From: the human T2T-CHM13v2.0 reference genome, Homo sapiens
DNA length: 64,000 bases
Strand: one strand, 5' to 3'
NCBI RefSeq assembly: GCF_009914755.1
Contig: NC_060925.1
The notes below the pieces were generated by a model that saw only the letters and a list, made by a program, of their open reading frames with translations, did not search any database and was not told the DNA's origin. The translations under genes and the position numbers were made by a program. Of this stretch, positions 47,224 to 62,744 are shown in pieces; positions within the stretch are counted from its first letter, which is position 1, and every line of letters begins with the position of its first letter.

Positions 47224-48537
47224 ACTTATCTGGGTTTGATTCATCATAAGAATCCCCTTATTTGACCGGAGTGTTTCTTTACTTTATCCTAGACATAAAT
47301 CTACGCTGCATTTTGAAACCAAGTGAGAGTCCATACAAAGACATTCAAACATAGGTTCCAATATCATCTTCAAAGGTTTTTAAATGCCATTTGTAAGCCT
47401 AATAGTTTCTTTTTGTCCCTGACTTTTCTTTCAGTATGTGGTCTTTCAGAGTTGACTTGGTAAAAATATATATAAATATGTCTAAGAAAGAATGAACACA
47501 AAACTACAATCTATCAATAAAAGGTCTTGGTCTTTAAACTAAAATGTTAGTTAGCCTTCCCTGCATTCTATAAAAAATCCAAGGGGGTTGAGTGAATTAG
47601 CTGTCTGAATTGTGTTTGCAATACACACACACACACACACACAAACACTTAAAAACCTGTTTCATTATCACATATTTATTGAGCACTATAGGTCAGTGAC
47701 TTAGTTAAGAATTTTATATGGATTACTTCACTTAATCTGCATGGCAACCCAATGAGGAAGGTACTATTTTTATCATCAATTTACAAAGAGTAAACATAGT
47801 CTTAGACTTAATAACTTGTCCAAATTCATACACACAGCTAAGAAAGAGCAAAGCCAGGAATCAACTTGTGAAAACTGAGAAATATACCAATGCTGATCTG
47901 TATCATATTGACCCAGTAAGCTTATCACATGTCTGGGCTTCATCCTGAATTTATTAAAGCAAAATGGAAGAAAGAAGAAAGGTGTCTTGGGTGGTCACTG
48001 ACTATGTACAAGAGAGCCTCAGTTCTCATACATTATAAATATACATTACATTTCAAATGTCATAAACCTAGGCTCCTAAAAGCCTTGTTACATGGAAAAT
48101 TTGGTCTTTTATATATCTCCCTATAAGTATTATTTCAAGTAATATCAACAGAGGAAAAGGCTTGGCCACAGAACCAAAGTGGTAAAGAGTGTTCCAAAGT
48201 CAATATACATGGCATTGACAGGCCAAATTCCCACTCTCCTTCCAATCTTCCACCCCCCATACACAAAATCCCAATTTGAGATCTGGGGAATTGGGATTTC
48301 TTCATCACAAAGGAACACTTTCAAAATCAGTTAATCCCAAATCTCTTCTTTCTTCTCCACTAGTATCCTTCCTTACAAAATCTTAAAATCGTTCATTAGA
48401 ATGAACAGAACAGTGGATTTCTAAAGGGCCTAGAAAAGTATGGCTACTCATTTGACAACTGTCTAATGCAAAAACTGCTCAGGGTAAGAAATATGGGATT
48501 TCAGAACCACAAACAAGGATCCTCATACAATTAGTTA

Positions 48538-48978
<441 letters not shown>

Positions 48979-49186
48979 TTAGCAGCAGCTTTCCTCTGCA
49001 AATGGTTATTTCTGAACTTTGGTTACAGCCTTAAAAAATTACATAAACTGGATTTTGGAGAAATCACTTTCTTAATGAGAAAATCTTCACGGAAGCTATC
49101 TCTGATTAGCTCCTTCATATCTAAAGTATTGACCTTCACTGGTAACCCTGAATTCGTTAAGCCAATGTGGCCCCTTAGAAGAATAA

Positions 49187-49492
<306 letters not shown>

Positions 49493-49720
49493 AAGAGAAG
49501 AATAATATTTCCACATTCATTCTACTTCCTGGTTGTAGGTTCCTTAAATAAGCAAATAACACCTATTTTCAAAACTCGTAAGATACCTCAAAAACCAGTT
49601 CAGACGGATACAGAGGTAACTTTACTTGGTTGCCCATTTAAAAAATAATACAGTACTCATAACCAGCAGATACTGAATAAAATGGCAAGGAAACCAAGTA
49701 TTTAGAGTGGCAGTTTTAAA

Positions 49721-49864
49721 GGCTGTATGGAGGGGAACGATCAGACTTAGCCAGCTGTCCTAAGCCAGACAGAGACCTCCATATATTTATGTAGGATCGC
49801 TGCAATCTGTAGACAAAAGGCATTTTTTCATTTGTCCACATGGCTGGTTCCAGCAGCTTCCATT
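49721..49864 (-). ncRNA. SCARNA3: H/ACA small Cajal-body RNA SCARNA3 (HBI-100), guide for U6 pseudouridine 40
   Basis: Two hairpins (GCTGC..TGTGGACAAA/TTTGTCTACA..GCAGC and TATGGAGG..GGCTTAG/CTAAGTC..CCTCCATA), H box ACATAA (49792-49787) and terminal ACA+GCC. The 3' pocket strands TCTCTG and TCGTTCC are complementary to U6 GGAACGA-U-A-CAGAGA, 14 nt from the ACA box. Confidence 0.93.
49724..49783 (-). ncRNA. MIR1843: MIR1843 hairpin (3' hairpin of SCARNA3; 5p arm UAUGGAGGUCUCUGUCUGGCU)
   Basis: 5p arm at 49783-49763 and 3p arm UCUGAUCGUUCCCCUCCAUACA match recalled miR-1843 arms; the hairpin is visible in the sequence. Confidence 0.8.
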
Positions 49865-50593
49865 TCTGGTGTGCTTCATTATTAAGAAGACTTTTGTTAA
49901 CCAGTCTTTTATATTCCAATTAACTAACTGCATCAAATTCTCATTTAAATATACTTCAGGATTCAGATAACAGGAAAAGAACCATTAAGAAGGCACACTT
50001 AGCATACAAAGTCAAAGTGATCCTTATTCAGGGAGAAAAGGCTGTGAAGAACATACACAAGGGAAGAAGGATTTAGATACAAAAGAACACATACATTCAT
50101 CATTCCTTTCTCAATGCTTTCCAAAGTCTTCTCGCCAACTGGCCCTAAACAACTTGATTATCCTTGTCACACTGCACTCAAATATTCTCTCTAAACACTT
50201 TCAACTTGCAGCACATGTTAACAGTTAATATCTCTGGATGATCTTCTGAGTAAAGCTTGAGAAAAATGTGCTTACAATGACAAGTATGAGGGGAAAAAAA
50301 TGACTGGATTGCTGATTAATACTGAGAAGAGCTCCTCTGAGCATAGAACCGTGCATATTTAAGAGAGCTATTCGCAAATTTCCTCCAGACTACTCTGGTA
50401 AAGCTGATTCTAGAATTCAGTACTATTTGGGGAATACCATGTTAACAGAAAAAGCAATACATTCAAGGCATGGAAACCTGGATCTGAATTTTGGTTCTGC
50501 TTAATCCTTTTAGACATTCAATTTCTCCAAATATAAAGCAGATACTCTTAGGTAGAATCTGTATGAAGATTCAAGGAAAACACAGTAGAGCAT

Positions 50594-51075
50594 TGTTAGG
50601 GACCAGAACACACTACCTCCAAATAGTCACCTTGGTATTTGAAAAAACAGCAGAAGCAGGAAGACCTTCTCCCACACTTCTCCTCTGAAGCAGGTCATAA
50701 AAGAATTCTCTGCCCTTCCACTGAAGCAGGTCATAAGACTCTCATTCCAGAGTTGCCTATCCTTACCTGAGGAAAGGAATGCCCTTATCTCTGGAGACAG
50801 AGACACAGAGAAGAAGCTCAACAAACAGGTCTTGCTAAGTTGCCCCCAGTTTATTACCATTAGATCATACCCCTTTGTCCTCCAATCATACTTCTCCATG
50901 AGACTATTCATTTCTTCATCAAACCTAAGCATAAACATATACAAGTTTACCCATTCTTTGGGTCTTCATTTCTGAAGCCTTCTGTGTCACGTAAAACTTC
51001 TATGTCATGTAAAACTTACAGAGGTCTCCGTCATGAATCAAGCCAACAGGTGAGAAAAATCTTTTCTCCCTTACA
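50594..51075 (+). mobile_element. MER34/MER39-group solo LTR
   Basis: TG...CA termini; 4-bp TSD GCAT at 50590-50593 and 51076-51079. Confidence 0.8.
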
Positions 51076-52809
51076 GCATGTAACCAAAGAGTAACTGGCA
51101 CACTATAGGCACTAAACAAATGAATGGTAGTTGCTTTTACTAAAATACTATATAACCTTAATTTCTTTACAGTTAAAGGGTAGTTATCTCAAGCAATGAT
51201 AGTACTATTAGTATCATATTAGTACTGTCAGTATCACAGTGTACTAGTAGTAATAATACTAGTGTATTATTCTAGTCAGTATATTTATGATCTTATGAAA
51301 TTGATAAAAGTAGGCTCTCTGGGTTAGGCAGACTTAAATTTTATTCTCACTCAATCTTTAACTCCTCTTTCCTAGAAAACTAAGTAGCTCTTACTCTGGT
51401 AGCTGCTGGTGTTTGTATTTTTTTGCTCTCCAAGTTGAAGCAAGGAATGTACCTGGGGCAACACTAATGAAGCATAACAAACAATTCAAGATGAATTTGA
51501 ACATCAGTTGGTAGACTGCATTCTATAGGTTCATCAATAGCTGTGAGAAACCAGAAACCAAGGAGATAAAATGGTTAAAAGAGGGAAAGAGAAGCAGTGA
51601 TTGGGCTAAAAAATGATGAGAACTTAGTTAAGCAGAAATAAGAGGATAAGGCAATATGAAGAACAACATGAATACGAGTTTAGAAGCCGGAATGGGAATA
51701 GTATGGGACAATGAAGAAACTTTCTTAATGAAGTAGGTGAACTGTGTTAGAAAACAGAAATAAAGTTAGATGGATAGCATTATATTAGATTATTGAAAAT
51801 CTTGAATGTAATAGTTTAGATACGATAGTCTAAGTGCAAACACATGAGATCAGGAAATAGAGCAGTTAAGAAGTAGATATAGGAACGACATTGTTCTATA
51901 CTTATTATAAAGGCTAATTTTCTAAATACTAGTAAATTTTGAAATCTGAGTTACCTTTGAGTATTTTTTTCTATTGTACTTTTTCCTATAATTTTCTTAA
52001 GGATCATATTTAATAGTAAGGGTAAATATAATTTTAAAATTAGATACAGATATCTGAAGTGAAATAGATTAAATAACTAACAAGTTCAGGTAATATATTT
52101 ATCAAAATTTCCCCTTATTTTTAGTGTTGGCCAAAATATACCAGATAGAGGTACATGCAAATGCTGAATTTGAAAAAAACTTTTCTGAAAGACCTGGGTC
52201 AACTAAAGGTAACAAGCAATGTTTGATTGATTATCTCTGTATAAAGATGAATATTTGGTAGTGCATAAAGGCCGACTGAAAGGGACATAAAGCTGTTAGA
52301 AGTAAATCGAGAGAAGGGGAAGGGGAAGGAACAGAAATGAGGAGATGAAAAGCAGAAACGAAAACAAAGATATATAGAAGACATTTCAAAGAAAGCATTA
52401 CTGCTATTTGATGAATAATTAGATGGAAAATAAAGAGATGCAACAATAATGATTCTGGGGTTTTAGACTTAAATGACTTAGAAAGACTGATAAAGCCAGA
52501 AGGAAATAAGGATGTTAATATGTCAAAGTTGGAAGGGTATTTTGTAGTAACTTTTTTTTTGTTGTACAGAACATATTCTCCAAAAACTCACTGCCTGATT
52601 TAAATTAACCTCATTTGTTATATTTTGAGTCTTACAGTAAGTTCTTATTTTGGTCATTTGGGTCCTTGAAAACTTAATCAGATAAAATTTATTCATTTAG
52701 CAAATTCTTATTAAGCAAATATACAAACAGAAAAGAGCTCAAAAACTGATATTTTATAGCATTTTATTATATATAAATCCCAAAGGGAGTTTGTTGAAAA
52801 TGGAGGTTC

Positions 52810-53005
52810 CAGGGCCTCCAGGTTGGTGAAAACATTGAGGTACTAGGAGGGTACCCATCTGGGAAGAAAATGCCAAAGTGTTTCCAAGAGTCACCAGCAC
52901 AGACCTATTCTGTGTACTCCACCCGCCACTCTCCAATACCTTGCCCTATGCATCTCTTCCCATGAGCTATTTCTGAGTTGTATCCATTGTAATAAATCAG
53001 TCAAT
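52810..53005 (+). mobile_element. MER21-family LTR fragment
   Basis: ggttggtgaaacattgaggtactaggagg ... accttgccctatgcatctcttc ... tatccattgtaataaa resembles MER21 and the in-window MER21 copy near 17770-17940. Confidence 0.7.
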
Positions 53006-53341
53006 GTTTAATGGAATTTGGCTGTAAACATCAGAACACAGTACCTTTCAGGAGGCAGATCTTTGACTCCAGCTGTAATGTTCCAATTAATAATGAGCAC
53101 TACCAGAATGTTCTAGCCTTTGCTTTTGCTACTGAGGAGACTGATGAGAACCCTGGCCTATTATCTAATGTCTCCCTTGGATTTAGTCTCTACATCTTCC
53201 AAAGTGACCAACAGACCATAGAGAGCCTCCTGATGTGGCACTCAGGAGGGTTTGAGACAGTACCTAATCACTCCTGTAAAGAAAGAATAGGTTTGCGGCA
53301 GCGACTGTTGGAAACACTTTGGCACTTCTAAATTTCCACCG
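53006..53341 (+). pseudogene. Vomeronasal type-2 receptor (V2R, class C GPCR) extracellular-domain pseudogene fragment
   Basis: ORF 53011-53331 contains HYQNVLAFAFATEETDENPGLLSNVSLGFSLY..ESLLMWHSGGFETVPNHSC. This matches the V2R/CaSR-family motif YQxxLAxxFAIEEINxNPxLLPNxSLGF..WLSG..ETIPNYxC. The frame decays after about 53280. Confidence 0.85.
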
Positions 53342-53467
53342 GTGGCTCCAAGATTGGATGTGACAGAGATGGGATCTTTGCTTCTCCCATGCAATTCTAG
53401 GATACTTAACAAAACAAAAGGAGAGAATTATGTAACCCATAACAACAACAACAACAACAACAAATAC

Positions 53468-54455
<988 letters not shown>

Positions 54456-55744
54456 AAGCCTTATTTTTTTAACACTTTTACAAGTCTAATTTTTAGTGAA
54501 ATGTATTTGGTTAAAAGATACTATAATCAGTACTGGAGTCTGAATTACACAAATGTCTCATGACAGTTTAGTAAAAGAGTTAACTTTGCAAATGGAAATA
54601 CATTGAGAATTTAAAATAAAAGAAGATGAAATGGGAAACTCAGGACTGGGTTGCTACCTAAACTTCTATAGTTTGCATGTACTAATCTTTTCTTTCATCT
54701 TTCCATTCTCGTATTTTTAAACCAGCCCATGAAAATAAAATACATGAAGTCAGCATAACACAGTAAAAATTAATTCAGAAAATGTTGAATTTTACTGCAT
54801 GCAGAGCTACAAGTTGCTAAATGTTACACATTTTAAAGTATATTACTGTTTACAAAGTGGTGGAAAGAAGAAATTAGGGCTGTTCTTATGAGATAACTTT
54901 GTAAGACTTAAGAGTTTTTGAAAAATATAATGGTTGCCTTGTAAAGCAGGAGCTCCCTACCACTGGAAATGTTCAAATAACTTTGAAAAACACCCCCATT
55001 AGAGATGTGATATACATAATTTCTACAATGGAAAAAAGTAAGTCTAGATCAATCTAATGGTATTTATCTACCCAATGAACACTCTAATATTTTTGTGGCT
55101 ACAAAACTCAGCATTGTGCAAAGTTCCAGTATAATGGCATTATCATATGTAACAAACAGAAGTGCAGGAAAGGGTATTTGGGAACAGTGAGCAGCAAGAT
55201 CTACAGCACAAAGATGAAAACAAGCAAACAAAAAACCCAGCATTCGGTGTTTGAGGATCCTACAGGCAGTTCATGTTGCTGGAGTGTAAAATGTGCTTAT
55301 GCAAGTGGTAAGAGATTGAGCTGGAGAGGGAGGTGGGGGCCTGATAAAGAAGGTTGTTAGATGTCACATAAAGTTTAGATCTTATTCTGTAACCATTGGG
55401 GAAACACTAACAGATTTTAAACAGTGAGATAAACAAGTCTAGAACTATTAAGAAGTAATGGCAGGACATAAACTAAACTAAATGGCAGGAGCTTGAACTA
55501 AAGGCAGGTGGTAGAGTCACAGGGTTGGAAATAAGGATGGATTCAATATATATTAAAGGAAAAACAAGATTAAGTTTGTGCTTAGACACATACCACTGGT
55601 TAGATACATACATACTGGTTTTGCATTTGTAAGATCCAAAGTCTTTAAATTTATGAAATGCCAAAGGATAGGACTGTGCTTAAAATTTTAGAAATTTAAT
55701 CCAATATTTTCCATGTGATAGTAAGTCAATGCAATAGACTACAT

Positions 55745-56266
<522 letters not shown>

Positions 56267-56741
56267 CCCACAAAGAAAACCCCCCAAAATTGCATAATTC
56301 AAATGCAATTCATGCAAAGAACCAAAATCTCATGCTCATTTTTAAAAAATATTGACAGCTGTCAGTAAGAAACATGGCACCTAAAGGGCAGGTAGGAAAT
56401 CTCTTCCTAAGGATTTATTCACACCTATTCAGAGCCAACAGTTTCATTCTTAGTAACTCTGGTTGATGCAAATCTCTGTATCTAAAATACATAGGATATA
56501 TAAAAGCTTCTAAGTTACCTATGCTTTTGATAGATTTCATTTGATAGGATAAATATACCTTTAAACAATTTACTAATATTATCCCCCACCCCAAAACCTT
56601 CCCCACTCCCACCACCATTAGTTACATTAGATGTGTGAGTTTGGAGTTAATATGGCATTTAAACAAAGACTAACAAAAAACCAAAAGCCAGAACCCACAA
56701 CCATCCCGAAGTTATTACTCTTGAAAAATGATCCTTTTCTC

Positions 56742-57032
56742 TTTTTTTTGAGACAGGGTTTCACACTTTGTCACCCAGGCTGGAGTGCAGTGCCACGATC
56801 TCGGCTCACTGCAATCTCTGCCTCCTGGGTTCAAGCGATTCTCATGTCTCAGCCATCTCAGTAGCTGGGATTATAAGCATGCGCCAATATGCCAGGCTAC
56901 TTTTTGTATTTTTAGTAGAGACAGGGTGTTGCATGTTGGTTAGGCTGGTCTTGAAATCCTAGCCTCAAGTGATCCACCCACCTCGACCTCCCAAAGTGCT
57001 GGGATTACAGGTGTGAGTCACTGCACCTGGCC
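56742..57032 (-). mobile_element. AluS
   Basis: Alu consensus. Confidence 0.93.
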
Positions 57033-57562
57033 AACCCTTTTCTCTATATTCCTAAAATAATGATTTGGAAGGACAAAATGAAAAGGAAACACAAGTATGT
57101 AAAAGCATGAATTTAATGCATAAAGGACAATCATGTACTGGATAAAATAAATGGTTTTCTCTATTCTAAGATGATTAGGAACCTGTTTTAACACAGTAGA
57201 TACTCTGATGGAGAATGTAAAGTCTACATGATAATTGGGCTTTCCCTACCAGTAAGAACAGTGAGATCTCCATAAGGGATCTTAGAATTTGTTTTGCTAT
57301 CAATGACATTTCATGCTTTCTATTAGTAAAGGGAAAATCAGTTGTCAGATCTCAAAAATCCAGTAATATGTAAAAGATGTAGAATTAGAAGGTCTCAATC
57401 CTTTACAAAACAAAAAACTTTGAGAAAATAAGAATATTGGTAATAAACAGGGACTCTTATTGAACTCTGAAGTTGCAAGGCTAATTTGTTAATTGGGAAA
57501 GGTATAACTATTTTATTCTGTTCAGAATATAAAACTATTTTTAAATGCAAATACCCATATAA

Positions 57563-57952
<390 letters not shown>

Positions 57953-60900
57953 TAGTACAAACATTAAGGATGATCATGGGAATACAGATTTGGCTGGTTA
58001 GCAAAAATATGATAAAGGCATATCAGTATTAGTTGTGAAACTTAAATTATTCTTGGCTGCTACAAAAAAGAATTACATACATTCAGTTACATATTCTGAA
58101 TCTGACAAAAATATTTAGATAGCTCGTAATGAAATAAGACATTGAACTTCTTATTTATCAGGTTCCATGAGGACTTTTTTTGAAAGTTGTAACAAGTCTT
58201 CTTAGCAATTAAAAGAAAAAATGATAAACTCTTGTATCTCCTAAAACAAACATTTGGAATGTTGTGAGAAATAAAAAACACTTAAAGCAAAATCAACTAT
58301 TAGTATTTTTTTCTCCCAATCTCTGGAAATCATTTCACAAAGATATGTTTGGTGAGTCATGGCATTACTGCTTCAGATATTTAGGATTTAAAACAATAAA
58401 TTATCAAAAAGGAACTGAATCTTGAAGTCGGATTTACTTTCTACACAATCTATTCCCTAAAGCTTTCTACTTTTATCAGAGAGCAAAAGATCCTGAAGAT
58501 AAATAAAAGTATGACCAACTGCTTATTTAATTCTCTACAATGTGTAAAGACTTTATCATTTAAACCAAAGATTTAGATTCATTTTCTGCCCTCATATTCA
58601 TCTTTCAGTTGGCAATCACAATTCAAATAAAGAATATATATTTTCATCCCACTAATCTGCATATCTAGTTAAAAAAAGACTAATGCAAACAGGCACAAAA
58701 TTAAATGGCTTCTTTACAGCAATTATAACAGATTGACTTTTCTTCAATCTACATAATCAAATTATTCCAGTGTTCAGCAGTAATAACCTTTTTATTTTCC
58801 TGGAAATAGCTGATGTCAACCCTGATAGCTTTATTTGGGAAACTGGTGAATAAAATAGAATTTAAGAAATAATGGAATAAGAGATAAAAAAGGTACAAAC
58901 CATATAAAGATCACATCAATATAGGAGAGTGTCATGAGAACAACAGTGGTTATATGTGAGACTGTACAAGTAAAATACAAAAAAAAGTTTCTTTTCCCCA
59001 GACAATCTGTATATTCTTAAATTAGTAAAAAAACCTTTTTTCTTAAGCAACTGCCATCCATTTTCTAAGCAAAACATACTTATTTTTGCTTAGTTAATTC
59101 TGCTTTCAGTATTTATTAAATCCATTTTATTCAATTTAGAAAATAATAATGTTTTTCCATTACATACACTTCAGCATATTACACCAATTCAAATAGTATC
59201 CATCAAAAGCTTTTAAGTAAAGGAAATAATATCCAATATTCACTTTCCTTCTTTCTACTATTACTATGAAAATTTGGTAGGGATTACCAAAAGATAAACA
59301 TTAGAAACCAAACTCAAATCCCTTCCCATCTCAAAATATTTTGGATACTTTTTAGCATGGTGAGATTACAATAAAAGTTACTGTTAGGATAATGGCATAA
59401 TTCATAATACACTCTCAAATTAATATTATTTCTTTTCTTCCCTTAAAAAAGGCAGGACTAAAACCAAAAACAGCAAGTAGCTTAAAAATTGGCATCAATT
59501 CTATGCTTCAAGATTGGCATACACAGAACACTCTTTTTAAAAAAGGATTTAATGAGGAAGAAAAGTTAAGAATCATTCTAATGTAGGTCAAACTCTATTA
59601 CAGAAATATAAAAATGATAATAATGAAAAATTTAAAATGTCAACTAGCAGACCTCATAAATCATATTTTGTTGATTTTATTATAATATTCACCATAAAGT
59701 ATCTAATGCAACAGATGTTTTCCCAGAGGCTGTCCACACAGTAGTGGACATTAAGGTTAAAGAAAATGTATACTTCCTGTAATTTACTTAGAGAAAAACA
59801 AATTACTAGGGTTGCCTCAGTTTTCTACCACCTTCTTATTTCCTTCCTTTTCTACTTCCCCACCCCACTCTATTCTGGATACTGAGGGAAGAGTGAGGCA
59901 CTGAGGAGGAGATGGGAGTCTTTCTGGAAGTCAGGGTCCATGCTCAGAATCTGCTTTCATTCTACTCCCAAGACAGACAAAAGCTCATTCAGATTGGCCC
60001 TCTTCCAGTCAGGGAAATTTTCTAAAGTGTTATAAACAATCCAGTCAGAGGAAAGAAGAAAAGAAAGGAAAGATAAAAGGAAGAAGAGAAACAGAGTTGA
60101 AGGAAGACAGAAAGAAAGAGAAGAAGCTTCTATGTTGTCTTCTTCGCACTCATTGAGGAATTTAAAATAAGAAACACCTTTATAAGTGTGGAAAGTTAGT
60201 ATATTTTTAGGAGTAGCATTTTTTAATTAACACAAATAAAAAAGACCGTATCTTACTTTTTTGGATTTGTTTCTTCCTGAGGTAGGTGAGGGATCAGCAA
60301 AATCTAACAGACATTAGGTATTCATAATTATAACTGTTTCTGCTAGCAGATGCTTAAGAACCATTTAGGTTTCTTGGTTAGGATGTATAACAAACTTCTT
60401 CCCAGTGGTAACATGATTCATTTGTTCCCAAACATGATTGTTCATATAATTTCCCAAGGAGACCTGGGGAACTTTTCAAAATACAGATCTATACCCTCCT
60501 CCTTCCTCCCCCAAAATATGTATTCATGGGTCTAAAAATAGAATTGTTTTGTTAATTGTTTTTGAAAGAGCCCCAGGGTTTTCTGATTATCAGTCAGTTT
60601 TGAGAACCACTGGTATAAATAAATTTTATTATAGACATCTTTTATACTTTAATGAAAGCAGACTGGAATACAGTATTGCATGGCTTCTCAAATGTGCTTT
60701 ACTTTTCTAGTTTACTGAAATCTGATGTTTTACATACCCCAAGAAAATGTTACTAAGAAGCAAGGGATTCCTTAGATAAAACTCACATAAATTTGGAAAG
60801 TAGATATGCCTTTAAAAAAAAAAAAGACTGAGTTGTGAAATGTCATAACGTGATGGAGAAGGGAAGGGAGAACATAATATAAATGTAATAAAAATATTAA

Positions 60901-62744
60901 GCCAATAATAAACGCCTACTTTCTTGTAGCTGCACACATTTAAAAATTTTTGTTGCTTTTGAAAATAGACAAAATGGGCTGGAGATTATATCCCAAGGGG
61001 CAAAATGGTATTTTTGAAGTAATTATATGTACATATGAATGGTTCATGTCAGCAAAACTGCTTTTCTTAAATGGTAATTGATTATTACCATTTAGTTTCA
61101 AGTGAGCCTATTAGATATTAGAAGTATCTCCCAACTCCACTTCAGCATTTCTTTGATTCCAATTAATTACCATTTAATTATGCAACAGAAAAGATAAAGG
61201 CCAAGCTTGAAGTGTTGTATCGTTCATTACAAAAATTATATATTAATTATGCATTATGTACAAACACGCTGTGTAATGCTAGGGGTAATTAAAAATATAA
61301 TACTAATAGCAAACATGTATCGCTTTTGCTGTGTATCAGGAACTGTTCCAAACACTTTATGTGCATCACCACATTTTAACATTATAACAACCCTAGAAGA
61401 TAAGTGGCTATTATTATGGGCACTTTAGAGATGAGGACACTGAAGCACCGTGTGGTTAAGGAAATTCAGCAAGGTCACACAGCTGATCAGTGGGGAATCT
61501 GAGAGATTTCAACCTAGGTAGCCTGGCTCTGCTCTTACTCAGTATATTAATTCATTCAGTATATTAATTCATTCAGCAAGTATTTTTAATACTTATATTA
61601 AATATATACTGTCAAAAGACAGTATATTAATTCATTCAGCAAGTATTTTTAAAGGCCAAGAATCAGAAGAAACTTAGGTAAGCAAAACATCTGCTTAAGA
61701 ACACAGTTTAGTTCAATGTTTCAGAATAGTATTTCATCATATAACAAAAAAGTTTTGTTAGAAATTAGAGAGAATAAAATTTAATGATGTAACTGAAAAC
61801 AAAGGTGCACAGTTATAACTGCATAGAAAGTATTACAGCATAGTTGATAGGTTCCCAAGCCAAGTTTTGCTGCACTTGGTTTCAGAGAGGGGAAATTTGG
61901 AAATCTGTTATCCTGATCCCTGCCTCCCCTAACCCTAAAGCTACAGAAACTTTTAATATGATTCCTGATGTCTCAAGCCACAACAGAAAATGTCCACCCT
62001 AATGACCACTGCTTTTTTTTTTGCCTGAGGATAGAGTGTACTTTTTGGGGTCACTTCTGAAGAGCTAAAGGAGTAATAAGTGTCCTTTACAAGTACTGCC
62101 TTTTACTATTAGCTATCCACTTAGGATTGGTGAGTAGCTAAGTACGTATGTTACGGTTCAGAGCTGACAAAACAATAATAGGGTATCTGCAGCCTCAAAA
62201 GAAGTTACTATGGACTCAGGGTCTACCCCTAACAAAAATATTGTGTCCCTTTACACAGGCATCATCACATAGGAACAAATTTATTCATTTGTATACTTAA
62301 AACACTTCATATTTCATTCCAATAGTTTCAGATAAGAGTCATATCACAGATCCACAGATACAGAATATATATACGTTCCCTTACCTAACTCCAGTCTCTA
62401 GATAAATCAATGTTAATAAAAAAGATAAGACTTTCATCTGGAATCTTTTTCTTTCTGCCCTAAGCATATCCTCTAAGGTTTTCTTTAGTGTAGGTTTGCT
62501 GATTGAAAATTTTTCAGGTTTATTTATTTTAAAATGTCTTTATTTTACCACTGTCTAGAGATTTTCACTGGATGTAGAATTCATGGTTTGCAAATGTTTT
62601 CCTTCCCACACTATCTGGTTTCACTGTCTGTTGGCTTCCACTATTTCATTGAGAAGTTGGCTGTCAGTCTAACTGACAATATTTTCTCTCTGCCTTCTTT
62701 CAAGAATCTCTCTGGGGAAGCCAGGGAGGAAGAAAAAAGAATCT

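Noticed and set aside
49716-49919. 67-aa minus-strand ORF (MEYKRLVNK...)
   Set aside because: Overlaps SCARNA3; the structure is explained by the RNA gene.
61540-61652. CRISPR-like direct repeats
   Set aside because: Primate context, irregular spacing, only three copies and no cas genes.
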